Assembly (NCBI RefSeq): GCF_001194135.2
Contig: NC_068981.1
Coordinates: 20,754,042-20,818,041 of the forward strand
Length of the DNA: 64,000 bases
Direction of reading: 5' to 3'
Source of the DNA: Octopus bimaculoides
Taxonomy: Eukaryota
Below are positions 40,306 through 53,130 of this stretch, in pieces. The translations under genes and the position numbers were made by a program. Position 1 is the first letter of the stretch; each line of letters starts with the position of its first letter. The notes below the pieces were generated by a model, which saw only the letters and a program-made list of their open reading frames with translations, had not been told where the DNA came from and searched no databases.

Positions 40306-42361
40306 TATTGGGACATCAGTTGTGATAGTATTGTTTTACTATGAGCACATTGGGAATGCATTGCGGGTGTGCATAGTATACATGGTGGTACAGCATACAT
40401 AGATTTGTGTAAACACTGGAGCAAGAAATGGTCTTCTAATTCTTTGAATCCATCCAACCCATGTCAGCATAGAAAGTGGATACAAGATGGTATAGTTTAC
40501 ATATAAACATGTTTCATGTTTTTATTTTGAATGCTTACATTTTCAGTGTTTGATGGTCATTCTTAATGTCTGTTCAGTTGGCGAGCTGGCAGAATCGTTA
40601 GTACATGGGACAAAATGATTAGCAGTATTTTTTCTGGCTTCACATTCTGCTGAGGTTAACTGCCTTCTCATCCCTTTTGGGATCAATAAAATAAGTATCA
40701 GGCAAGCAGGGCCAATGTAATCAACTAGCTCTGATCTCCACAAAAACTGGCCTCGTGTCAAAACATGAAGTCATTTTTAATGCCTGTTACTGAAGATAAA
40801 ACCTTTAGTGATTTGACTTATCCTGCCTTATGGTGTAATTAAAGATCTGAGGGGTCTTGTAGCATTGTCTCTCATATTATTCCTTTGTAAATGTTGTGCT
40901 GATATATTGCTTTTTTTCTTTTTTTCCAGTTCATATCATCATCATTTAACGTCTGCTTTCCATGCTAGTATGGGTTAGACGATTTGACTGAGGACTGGTG
41001 AACCAGATGGCTACACCAGTCTCCAATCTGATTTGGCAGAGTTTCTACAGCTGGATGCCCTTCCTAACACCAACCAAAGTTGTTTATCTACTGTATATAG
41101 AGTGTAGTGAGTGCTTTTATGTGCCACCGGCACAAAGGCCAATCAGGCGGTACTCNNNNNNNNNNACACTCTCCATAACATATTTAGGCTATTAGTGTTC
41201 TATTATGTTTAGATGTTTTGTGTTAGTCTTATGAGTGTAAAATGTTAGGATTTTAATTATATTGGTTGATTCCTTTGGTGTCTTAGTATCACATTCGACA
41301 AAACTCAACTTGGAATTAAGGATTTTAAAAATGAAAACATCTTCAGATTTTGCATTGTATTTGTTTAGATGGAGTGTTTTTACCCCATGTTATGTGTACT
41401 GGAATGTACCTTTTTAACATTCATATTGCCTGTTTTGTGTAAGGTTAATTTCACAGTTAATTTGTTTTTATTTTTCATTGACCTAACATATCAGATTTTT
41501 TTTTTTTTGCAAAATGCATCAAAGACTGCATTATCCAGTCATTTTTAAATTTCTAGGGTGTGGTTTGATAATTTGATGCTGTTTCTAGCAAGTGGTTCTC
41601 TTGTTAACTTTAAAAAAAAATCCTTTGTTACTAACAAAAGAGAAAGATCCTTGAAGTTCTATCATAACCAATATAACTCCAGAACAAAAGCTAATATCTA
41701 AATCATCAACTTTTCTTCTTCATTTAATGTCCGTTTTCCAGGTTGGATGATTTGACCAGAGCTGGGAAGCCGGCAGGCTGCACTAGGTTCCAGTCTGGTT
41801 TGCAATGGTTTCTACAGCTGGATGCCCTTCCTAACACCAACCACTTTACAGTGTTTGTTGAGTGCTTTTAACATGGCACCACACGAGCACTTTTACACGG
41901 TACTCATATCAAAGACAGATTTAGCATTCAATGGCTAATCTGACAAATAATTCACTTAGATAAAATGTAAATAAATACTATACCAACTTGATATTATTAA
42001 AGAATATTTTCTCATTGTTTTCAACTAGAAATTTAATAGCAAACATGTGCAATTTAGAGTAGAAAAGCCTATGTAAATTTACACACAAATAATTTTCAAA
42101 TTTTCTTTTATTGAAGCTAGAAACACAATTACCTTTTAATTAAATATTAATGAAAATTAGAAATTAAGATAATGAGACTTACTAACAATCAATATTTCTT
42201 GCAAAGTTTTAACAAGAACAGTAATGACATCACGAAACAAAGAATGTACTTTAAACAGAAAAGAGGCTCTTTAAAAGATTTTAAATCAGGTAAGCAACAT
42301 GCTTCTGCAAGAATACAAAAATTAGAAGAATGTACAATAACCCAATCAAATTAAACACCTG

Positions 42362-42367
42362 TTTATT
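42362..42367 (-). terminator. COX4: Candidate COX4 polyadenylation signal AATAAA
   Basis: tttatt on the + strand, about 75 nt downstream of the COX4 stop codon. Confidence 0.55.
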
Positions 42368-42442
42368 TCCAGTTAATAAATAACTTTCAAATGGTGTAAA
42401 GTCACTAAATATCTTGTGAAGTTTGCCTAAGATGCCATGTAA

Positions 42443-42579
42443 TTAATTTTTCCAACGTTCATTCTCATAATCATATTGAGAAGAAACACCTTCAACAGGG
42501 TTAACTCTTTGAGCTATCATTTTCTCCAACATAGCATCCTGCCACTCTTGAGTGAGACTGTGTGGAACTGGTGGATACA
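42443..42579 (-). CDS. COX4: COX4 coding exon 4 (VYPPVPHSLTQEWQDAMLEKMIAQRVNPVEGVSSQYDYENERWKN*)
   Basis: Acceptor tttttctgttctcttacag; TAA at 42445-42443; 137 nt. The total CDS of 139+171+132+137=579 nt gives 192 aa plus stop with no internal stop. The C-terminal NPVEG.SS..DYE...WK is the COX IV signature. Confidence 0.97.
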
Positions 42580-42607
42580 CTGTAAGAGAACAGAAAAATT
42601 AAGTCAA

Positions 42608-42638
<31 letters not shown>

Positions 42639-43066
42639 GCAATAATTTCAAAACTTCAAAGTGAAAAAGGAAACAGTAACTTTAGTACAAATAAAAGGGA
42701 AGATTGTTGTGGGGTAGGAACAAAAAACATTCTTGCAAAATAAGAATGAAACTAATAGAACTGAAAATGCAAAAGTGTCACAAATGAAAAGTAGAAATAT
42801 CCCAATAGATATTTGTGACTTAAAAAAAAAAATCTTTGTATTATGTGACATTTAATTAATAGTATTATTTTTAAGGCAAGTAAACATTTAAATTAAATGT
42901 ATCTTTTGTAAAATTGTAAACTTTTTAATCTTTTCAAATTCAGAATTATCACTAGATCAAATTAAAACAGAATTGGAGAATGTCCTACATTCCATTTATC
43001 TACGCAGCGACACTTTACCTATAAGAAGTACATTAGAAGATATTAAAAAAAAGTGCCAAAACATAC

Positions 43067-43198
43067 CATACAGCTTCATCCATATTATAATCCAACCAGT
43101 TAAACTGCAGCTCATTAGAAATAAAGACAAGATTCTTTTCCAGTCTCCTGTTGGAGCATGCATTTCAGCATAAGTTTGACAGAAGCTGATGCGATATA
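43067..43198 (-). CDS. COX4: COX4 coding exon 3 (LYRISFCQTYAEMHAPTGDWKRILSLFLMSCSLTGWIIIWMKLY; contains the transmembrane helix)
   Basis: Found by hand (not in the ORF track in this frame). Acceptor aatctgtttcag, donor G|GTATGT, 132 nt, phase 1-1. Matches COX IV LYR.SF.QT.AEM.APTG.WK plus a single hydrophobic helix. Confidence 0.97.
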
Positions 43199-44683
43199 CT
43201 GAAACAGATTTATATCTTCTTTAGCATACATGTTAATATACACACAACTTCATAAATCACAGAAAGCAATGAATTTCATAATTAGAAATATTCAATTAAA
43301 GACTGGTATAAACCTTTAAATCTGTTTCATGCAAGAAAACTGACCAGAAAAATATTTAAACTGGCTAAAAGTAGCATTGTTCATATGGCAATGAGCAATT
43401 TGGTAGCTCTTTAGTTCCAGCTAACTTCCTATCAGTGTAATACATCATCATCATCATCGTTTAACGTCCGCTTTCCATGCTGGCATGGGTTGGACGATTT
43501 GACTGAGGACTGGTGAACCAGATGGCTACACCAAGCTCCAATCTGATTTGGCAGAGTTTCTACAGCTGGATGCCCTTCCTAACACCAACCACTCAGAGAG
43601 TGTAGTGGGTGCTTTTACGTATCACCTACACGAAGACCAGTCTGGCGGTACTGGCAACGGCCACGCTCAAAATGGTGCATTTTATGTGCCACCCGCACAA
43701 GAGCCAGTCCAGGGGCACTGGCAACGATCTCGCTCGAATATACAATAGTCAATATTTCAACAGCAACTTTGCCAACACTGCAGTAATTACTCTCCATTAA
43801 AATATCACTGCCCCATTTTTTATATTTTTCATTTCCAGATTTCTGTTTCCAGTTCTACCATCAGTAGTCAAGTATTTTATAACTCAAGAACTGAAGTCCT
43901 ATTAGGCAGCAGCTTGGTATTGTAACCAGAGTATTAAAAGAAATTTTTGTTTAAATCCTTTCTTAGAGCTAGAGATAACTAGAACCTCTCTATCCCAGGC
44001 TTTCAAATCACACAACTTCCAATGAAAGGTTTTTTTTTTTACAGACAGTCATTTAAACTGAATATGGACATTCAACAATGAACAATCATTATGTCTTCTC
44101 TGTCTACAGTAAGTAAACACAGATATACTCTTTCAACCATAGTCTTCAATAGCTTGACAATTCAGACTGAAAACTCTTCAATAACATAAAAACCAGTTAG
44201 TTATTAAAAAATATATAGCTAGGAGTGTGAGAAAAGAGCAAGAAAAAAACCTGTATTTATTTTGAGATGCTCTATGTTTCTTTCAATTACTTTAAGTATA
44301 ACAAAGAATTTAGTAAAATAACTTAGTTATCATTCAGCTAGTGTTAGGAACATAAATTGTGACTAAGGTTTGGTAGAAGATTTTAATTCTAAACTTATGA
44401 AAACAAGACATTTGTATTCAGAGTCAGAGCCAGTTTCAGCCAGGTTGGTAACAAAAGGATTAAAACTGGTCTAAAATTTTGACTTAGTTTTAACATATAA
44501 TCTAACATGATTGTTACAGCTAACAGAATAGAAAATAATTTTATTTCAAAAAGAAGGTTTTTGATAAATCAACAATTCTCAATTAGTATTTACAGTTTAA
44601 ATGCATGAATAAGACCCAGACATTTGGAATGGTGGAGAGATGACCTGATTCTAAGTAACTAATATCTCATAAAATTCACTTAC

Positions 44684-44854
44684 ACTCTTTCTTTTCTTGA
44701 AGGGTGAGGGTTTTCCAATCTGCCGTCTGTTTGTTCAGGAGAGCCAAATTTTCACCGGTGCTTTCTTTAAACCGAATTGCAGGGAAAGGAATTTCCGGGA
44801 TATCGAAGTAGCTTGCACTGCCATTAATGCCAAAACCAACAATCTCTCTGTTGC
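44684..44854 (-). CDS. COX4: COX4 coding exon 2 (GNREIVGFGINGSASYFDIPEIPFPAIRFKESTGENLALLNKQTADWKTLTLQEKKE)
   Basis: Acceptor ttttgatttcag, donor T|GTAAGT, 171 nt, phase 1-1. IGNREIVGFG.NG..Y.D...P.PAIRF and DWK.L...EK..LYR are COX IV family motifs. Confidence 0.97.
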
Positions 44855-45689
44855 CTGAAATCAAAACACCAGTATCAATACATTAATGTATTGACAAAAC
44901 AACTCCAAATAACAATTTTACTATAGGTTCACCAAATCACAACATACATATTCCAGTGTGTGTGTATGTGAATATGTACACACACACATATATAAAACCA
45001 GTGAGTACAACTATCACTGACCTTTCCCTATACAGTAGATAAACAACTTTGTTGAAGTTATTACTGGTTATTACTCCCATTGTCACAAAGAGACCAACTG
45101 AAGATTTAAAGTGAGCCACTTGATTGTATAGAAAATTCAAAGTTATGTTTAGCAGATTAGCATCCTGTCCTCTACAACAAATGATTTGTGAAAAGATTAA
45201 CAGAAATATTGAACCAAGAAACAAAGAAACACAAATTTGAACTAATGATCAATGAGTTAATTGCTTTACCCATACTGACATAAAACCCATTCAGCTAAAC
45301 AGCATAAGTTTCAGACAACAGATATACTGCCTTGTGTCTGCTTTTTCTATCAAAGTTAAAGTGGCCTCTGTTTCTCACAAACAGCTGATTCCATGCCATC
45401 TCTACTCAAACACACCCTCTATTCCTCTCATCACTCATTATTCCTTACCACTAAGACTTGCATTAACTACTATAACCATCCATCCAAAGAAAACCACCAG
45501 ACCTCTAAAATTCCATCTGTGCACATGCTTACTACAGCTTTCATCTGCTCAAAATAAATTTAACCATGTTATTTCAGTTTCAGATGGCCTGTGAAGGACA
45601 TAAAATACAATAAAATTTTTTAAAATTAAAAATAAATCTAAAATGCTACAAATTGTCAATACAGTGATTTATACAGATAATATATGTAC

Positions 45690-45828
45690 CAATTCTGGGA
45701 TGGATCTTATCTCGAGCCTCTTGACTAAGAACTGCACTCTGGTTTCCCAAAACAGCCGATGTAGAAATTTGACAACGAGAGAGACGGGCAGTCAGATTGC
45801 CAATTGACTTGACAAGCTGTCGGTTCAT
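45690..45828 (-). CDS. COX4: COX4 coding exon 1 (mitochondrial presequence: MNRQLVKSIGNLTARLSRCQISTSAVLGNQSAVLSQEARDKIHPRI+G)
   Basis: ATG at 45828-45826, 10 nt after an acceptor (tttcctctattttgcag; AG at 45840-45839), so an upstream non-coding exon exists. Donor G|GTACAT at 45689. 139 nt, phase 1. N-terminus is Arg/Ser-rich with no acidic residues in the first ~35 aa, as in a mitochondrial presequence. Confidence 0.93.
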
Positions 45829-47921
45829 TGTTCACACACTGCAAAATAGAGGAAAGATATTAGCACAATTTAAAAAGAATGAGTTGAAAGACATTTCTAT
45901 TAACAAACAATGATATATGTTGCATGTGTGTGTGTGAATAGTTCTAGAGATATTAAAATGCATTATTAGTTATAGAAAAAATATACTTCACACAGGAATC
46001 CCAGGAATCCAATGAAACAAGTCAATGTTAATAAACAAAACTTCTTTTCTTTTTAATAGCTTAGAGAAGGAAAAGATAAAATTTTCCTCAGATTGGCGGC
46101 CTGGCTTGAATGTTTGCAAAAGAGTGGACACTGGTAAAGCACAACTACCTATCAAGAGACAGGTGGTGGCGCTACACCATCAACAATTTAACATTAACAT
46201 TGCTTAAATTATAGAATTGCATTTTAATTTTTTAGTTTGTCAAACATGAAATCAGTTATGTAACATTATATAAATTATACAGTATTCCCTTTTTTGTTTC
46301 AGTTTGTTTGCTGGTTTCCCTCTTTCTGTCACATAGATGTATAATGTTAGTATGCATAAGTGGTACAGATAAGCTGAGAGAAAAACTAAGTGTAAGAGAA
46401 ATTGAACGTAGCATATAAAAGACAATTGATATGGACATGTGTATAGATGACTATTCTATCAGGAGATTTCAAGTAGAAGAAATTATGGAAGAAGGTCAAG
46501 GAAGAAAAGGACAGAAGTAGTGAAAATTGATCTCAAGATGCAGATCCTCAGCCAGAATATGAGAAAGGAACGCAACAAGTGGTGCGAAACTGTGTTAAAG
46601 AGGGCCCAGCCAACATTGCAAGCATGAAAAACAGAAACAAAAATGATGCTGATTGTGAGGTGAGAGACAGATTTGGATAGAAAGAGAGAAGTAGCCAGCA
46701 GGCAGCAGACAGACTGTGAAATATAAGAAATGGCAGAAAAGTGACACAGAGAGCACAAGAGAGGAGAGGTAAAAAAAAGGAGTTCCACAATAGAAAAGGA
46801 GAATTAGAGAGATAAAATAAAATACCAGAGGTATAGAGAGGGTTAGAAAAATGAGTATGAGACAACTGTGTGTGCATGTGGGTGGGGTTGGAAAATGAAG
46901 AAAGTGGCAATAGATTTAGATTGGGTGGGGAGTAAGAAAATAAGAGAGGAAATGAAGAAACAATGTAGTCAGTAATAATAATGAAAAATAAGGGAGTTAA
47001 AGTTAAGGAAGTGAAGAGATGACTCCTTAAATAGACAACAGGTAACATGCAAGTCAAACAGATGAAGACATTCTCAGTCATAAAGAAACTACATGACTAT
47101 CACAAGATGATGTTCTACAGGCATTGGATTTGAACTACTGCAAAATGGTAACATGAAACGAGAGAAAACAAAAGATTCAAGATAAAAAAAAAGAATAGAA
47201 AGGAAAAAATGAAATAAGATGAAAACAGAACAAGGCTTGAGACAGCAAAATGAAATAAATCATTTTTAGTAGGCACTGTGATAATGTATACATACACACA
47301 CACATTGTAGCATAGTTAGGGTAAGAGGCATTTTTCCCCACTTTGGAGATACTTCCAGATTAGTGAATTTAAAACAAGTGAAGCCCAGCATGAACATCTA
47401 CAGGAAGAGAATCGAGAAAAGGGTTTAGTCTGAATGCTAGCAGAGTTAACACTGCTGTAGGCCCCAAAAGCCAGGTAGGTCCATCGTCACCATCCTTGCT
47501 TTTTTCTATGATTGCACGGGTCAGACAGAATTCATTGAAGTAGATTTTCTATAGTCAGTTGCCCTTCCTGTTTCAAAACAATGTAATATTTCCACATGGT
47601 TGGTTATATTTTCAAGCAAAACTAAAAGGCTTGTATGACAGTGACACTTATTTACAACTATTGTATGATATCCACATAAGGACATTGACACACACAAGGC
47701 TGGGCTTCTTTCAGTTTCTGCCTACTAAATCCACTCACTAAGTTTTGGTTAGCTCAGAATTATAATAGACAGTTGACAAAAGTGCCAAGCAAACTTTTTA
47801 GCCACTCAGCCAATCCCGTACTTAATTATATGTACAGAGCATTTTTGTACATAGACCATTGAATAGATGTAATTAGTTTATAAACTGCTAGATGAGTGTA
47901 TATGCACACCTATGAGAAGAC

Positions 47922-48034
<113 letters not shown>

Positions 48035-48849
48035 ATATATCTTTAGGATTTTGCTTTGCAACCAAATATCTCTGGATTTGATGCTTAATGAATGACTTCC
48101 TTTGTCACTCAACATGAGAAACAATAAAACTGATTGGTTCATTAGTAACATTATTGATAATAATGTTATTCACAAATTGCAATATAAAATAAGTAAAATA
48201 TGGATAATTAAGGCAAACTTCGTTTTTTAACTGACTAAAACTTTTGGACAAATGAAAAGAAATGGCTGTTAGCACTTCTGCAGAAGTCTTGCTGTACAAG
48301 GTTAAAAGACACCTCACCATAGAACACTGTCCCTCCTGACTCAGACTGCTACACTAATATAAACAAGTTAATCACTTCAATTATACACTGTTCCTATCAT
48401 CTACCTTCAGTCTGTGCCACACTAACTTCTGTTCACCCATTTCCTTCGAGACTATTTCATCTGAACCTAGTTTGTCATCAATTTCCTGCTTCTCAGGATA
48501 ATCTACAGTGCTATATACCGTTATTGATCCCACATTTAATTACAATGAAAAATTACACAAATCCATATCAAAAGGTCTCTGTTATTTGTCACTAAATGCA
48601 TGCATGAACTCGCATACACACACAGCCTCTACGGTCAAACAGTATCCTCTTCTTGAGGATACATTACCAAGTAGTAGGCTAAAAATAAGCTATTTTTAGC
48701 TTACTACTACTGTGTGGCTTAACTGTATCAGTGGGTAACAGTGTAATTAGATAATGAAGTCCTACATAAAACAACTATGTGCTGATTGTATCTGTAATGC
48801 TGAGGGTGCTACACAAAAAAACATTCAAGACCACATCCAAAAGTCATCT

Positions 48850-50450
48850 TGCTGGTTGGCACTCACCAGCACACTCCAACCTCTAGCCTAAGGACACTGT
48901 TTCATTACTCAGCTTTAATTGCTACCACTCCAATAAACTTGGTCCCTCAAAATGAGCTAATTGCATATAAAGTCCACTTGGTACACCAGTTTCTCCTCCT
49001 AGGCTCAGTACTGATCACTATAACCAATCCTTCCTTCCAGAATGTCAACCTCTGAAGAAGACTCAGCCAATTACAGTTCCAATGGTAGACACCATATATG
49101 CAAGGATCAGAGATTAATTCACAATCCAAATCAGCCATACATAATCCACATTTCAGCAGTCTAGCTTAGCAGTTATACTGAAAACATAGATTGGTACACT
49201 TTTCATTTGCATACCCTCATGTATAGGTTAAAGAATATTTTCTTCTAACATTGAACATTACAAGGAGAATTAATGACTGTTCTGGTCAAAATTGTAGCCT
49301 AACTTTGCATCAAATTTAATACACTAAGTAAATCTCCTTTCCATTTCAACAAGCTCACCATCAAATGCCAAAGCACCTTTGGTCACATCAGACCAAAACC
49401 CTTGCCCCTTCCATTATCCTTAATGTACTGTAGCGTTAGGCTCTATCCTTTGGAAACACACAAGTGTGTTTCCATTTGCAAAGAAGAGAAAACTCTGATC
49501 TTGCCAATTTATCATTCCATTGCACTCACTGCCAACATCTCGAAAAATGATGAAGATAGCCATTAACCTCTAAATCCCTTTCTCTTTCCTTGACAACCAC
49601 CTGTATAGCTTTTGTAAAGTCAGATCTACTGGAGATATGTTCTCTTAAGACCCTTTAAAAATTGTGAAAATAGTGTCATTAAATTTGACTCAGCTAGGTA
49701 TTTAACTGTGGTATGTGAATCTCCTAGAAAAACATTCACACATGTGCTCCGTCCTTCTCTTGTCTCAATGGTTTCCTGTCAGTACCAATAAAGTGTGTTA
49801 GTGAAATTTTAACTCATTATCAACTCTGCCGAGTTCAGTTTTGACCCTCGCACTACTTATTATCACCAACCATAGCCACTCCTACCCAGGTGGTACCAAA
49901 CTTCGTGCACCCAATCACCTACTTGCAATCTTGACATCACACTAAACCTGCACTGACCCCAACAGCGAAAAGAATCACTACATATATCAAAGAAACAATA
50001 TTGTAGCCTTCTACAAAACATAACTAGTATGCAACTAGAACCCTCAAGGTTGCTACTAATGTTACACCTCGTCATCACTAAGGATCTCTTTGCAACTTAG
50101 CCAAGACAGGCTTTCTTTTCAGGGCCTGAAAATATTTTCAGACCATAAAAACTAACACTACAAATAGTTAAAGCAAGATTCACAGTAGATCCCACATCTG
50201 AGACATCCAAAAACAGGCTACCTGACTCATTGGTAGGTTCAGTTGTGAAATCACCTATCTACCTTCTCTACCACTACTTCAAGGGCCCTAACCCCTCAGA
50301 GATGGCTAGACTGAAGTACTTTCAATTCAATTCAGCAACAAAAATCTTGTCCAAACCACTGTCAAATTCTGCCTCTGGGATTCCCTCCCAGCCAATATTT
50401 TTCTTTCAGCTGTCAAGTTGCAGCACATCATCTTCCTCCAGTCTAGATTT
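48850..50450 (+). mobile_element. Highly decayed CR1/L2-like LINE (similar remnant at 59330-60400)
   Basis: Degenerate Y.PI.LT..ISK and RSTGD motifs; VVTLDISK(G/A)FDHV in the 59.6-kb copy. Confidence 0.6.
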
Positions 50451-52939
50451 TAAAAAAAAACCAGCAATGCTAAGCTTAAAAAAATATTGTATCTTGCAGT
50501 GAACAAACTGTCTGAATAAATGTGGAAAAGGATCAAGAGCTAAATAATATTCTAGCTACACAAATAATTGGACAGTGGAGTGAGTTCCTGTCCAGATAAT
50601 AACACTATACCACATACAATAATCATTGCATGTCAAAGTGTGCAGTTTAATCCTCAACTAGTCAGAGGCATAGTATAATTGGAACAACAAAAAAGATCAT
50701 ATCTAGTCATTTGGCCATCTGCCTAGATACTGACCTGATACTATACAACACCACCTACCCTGCAAAGATTAAATTGCTTGAGTAACAGAGCTAATCTACA
50801 GTTAAATAGTGTTATCTACCTGTTAGTCTGCCTAAAACTGTATATGTACCAAAGCTATTTCTCTAACATTGTATAGCTCTGGAAGTTTCTGCAATGATAA
50901 GGTTATACTACCATAGGTATGCCCTTAATATGGTAACCAACAATAAATACAATCACTGGCATGTAAGTGAGACAAAGAAGAAAATATAGAAGGCTTAAAT
51001 GGCCTGTATTTAGCTCTAGTTTCATACATTAAGCATTGAAAAATAAATTGCCCTCTGAATGGGTTGACAGTTTATTGCAGGTAATATTGCTCAGATGTTC
51101 AAAACAACTACATGAAATGAGGATACAATATTCTGCCCTGCAATACAATAAAATGCTTTCAGTAGAGTTGAATCACACATACAACCAAGTAAGCCTTTAC
51201 AGTATCCATTCAGCCACCATACTCCTACTACATTTATAAGAAAAGATATTTCTGCTGATAATGCCTTCCAAAAGGTCATTTATGATAGTAGTGAAAGTTT
51301 TGGAAAGAATTTATCACTACACTATATTAATGTGATTTTTGTAAAAGTTTCTCACCAAGAATTTATTATAGAAAACATAACAGGAATTCTAAAAACACAG
51401 AATACCCATTATCATTATTTAATTTTAAAAAGGCAAAATAACTGAAAAACTTATAGGTGGGTAAAAATATACAGAAAAACTAACTCCAAAGAGCAAAGGT
51501 GACCTACACTTTCTTTTCAAAGAAAACAAACAGCAAGTAAATGGATACAAACAGATGTTAGATAAGAAAAGACTAAAGAAACAAAACTAGTTGGAAATAT
51601 TTACAGTGAAAGAAAGGAGCTAGGCAACTTGAAAACTATTTCCTCGGTGTTGTTTAACCCCAAGTTACTTCCAGCTGAGCAGACCTATGATCAAAGATGC
51701 TCTAGCCTTGAGTATTGCTTTTGTTTCTTTCCTTTAAGACTGTGAAGTGAGATTTGGCTACTATTTCTAGTGGTTTGAGTGGCTACACTGAGGCTCCTTT
51801 AATGGATAAAAAACAGAAATGTTGACCCTTGGATATTCATTCACTATCTTAAATGTTGACTATCCCCCTCAGTTGAATGATAAAATAAATAAATTTAAAA
51901 AGTCCAAGATGAATGACTCACTCAGTTGGTGCCATAACTAGATTTGTGTTAAGAATTGTCAATGTTACTGAAGTGTGAGTTTTCACTAGAATCACTCTAC
52001 AACAGGAAGTCATTAAGAATAACGAAGGACAGCCTTTTGTGATCGCTGAATTGTTAGAAATAGCAGCCAAATCTCCCTCACGCTACCTTTTTTTAATAAA
52101 CGACACTGAATACTCTTGTTCTGGATGCATTCTGTGAGAAAAAGAGGTGAGATGACCAGGGTTGACATGGGTTCGAATAACAACGTCAGCATACCGAATT
52201 TTCCTTTTAAAAGGAAACTAGGAATGCAGATTTTGTCCAAAAGGTTGCATCATTATTCCAGTACTGGATCTGATTCACTGACATTCATAACAAATATCAT
52301 ATCCTTGAATTCAAAGAAATTTGTTTTTGCGTTTTTTTTTCCTTCTAAGACAAGGTTAAGTGTAAAAGACATTTTCAGAATTATAAATAGTAATTGTGTA
52401 TAATCGTCTACAATTTGAACCTGTGCACATCAGTTTCGAAACATACTGAAATGTGCAAGTTGTGAGGAAAGTAATAGAGCACTTGAATGCACACGCACAA
52501 ACATCTGGTTTAGAAAGACATTGTCAGACCACAAGTGTTTCTCATCTTCAAGGTGATACTGCACAAAATACATGGTCAATCCTTCCTCCCCAGAACTAAT
52601 TCAATCTGAAAATTCCATCTCGCAGGCATTTTTTCTTCCGGCAGTTATCAAGTTGAAGAGTAACGGTATCAATCTTGGCAGTTTACAATATCCTGCGAAG
52701 GTCATTGTCTGCTACCTGCTCTTTTCACAAACACATACAACTGTCTGGCCTATTGTTTTTACCTGACTTTTTTTTTATTTTTGGTAAACTCCCACGCTAT
52801 ATGTAACTTGTTTTTGTAATATTCCTTTCATCCGACGTCCTTGTGACAAATAAAAGAAATTATTATTAAACTATATACAAGAGGAAGAGTCCTGCTATCA
52901 GTTTAAAAACAAAACAAAAAAAAATTCATTCAAATTTAA

Positions 52940-53130
52940 ACTAACGCCGTGTATGAACGGTAAGTTGTTAATTACAAAAGAAAAAAATGAGATATCGTAG
53001 ACGAAGCGGCGGAAGTAAAGGATACGTACACCACCCGTTATCGGCGTTACAAAAACCCTAACCCTAAACACCAGGTGTATGTATTCTTTACTTTCGCCAA
53101 CGAAGAAGATGCTGAGGTCAAATATTGTTG
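52940..53130. promoter_or_regulatory. CpG-rich promoter-like region, best candidate for the COX4 promoter / first exon
   Basis: First clearly CpG-enriched block upstream of the COX4 ATG exon. Contains an ETS-type CGGAAGT (53010-53016), (AACCCT)2 (53054-53067) and a minus-strand donor GGT|GTACGT (53029). Assignment to COX4 is inference. Confidence 0.45.

Noticed and set aside
46548-47081. 177-aa hydrophobic ORF (likewise 1642-2094 and 16476-16787)
   Set aside because: Low-complexity purine/pyrimidine-skewed repeat-derived DNA; no domain or splice support.
53054-53067. Interstitial telomere (AACCCT)2
   Set aside because: Only two units; at most a promoter motif, not a telomeric array.
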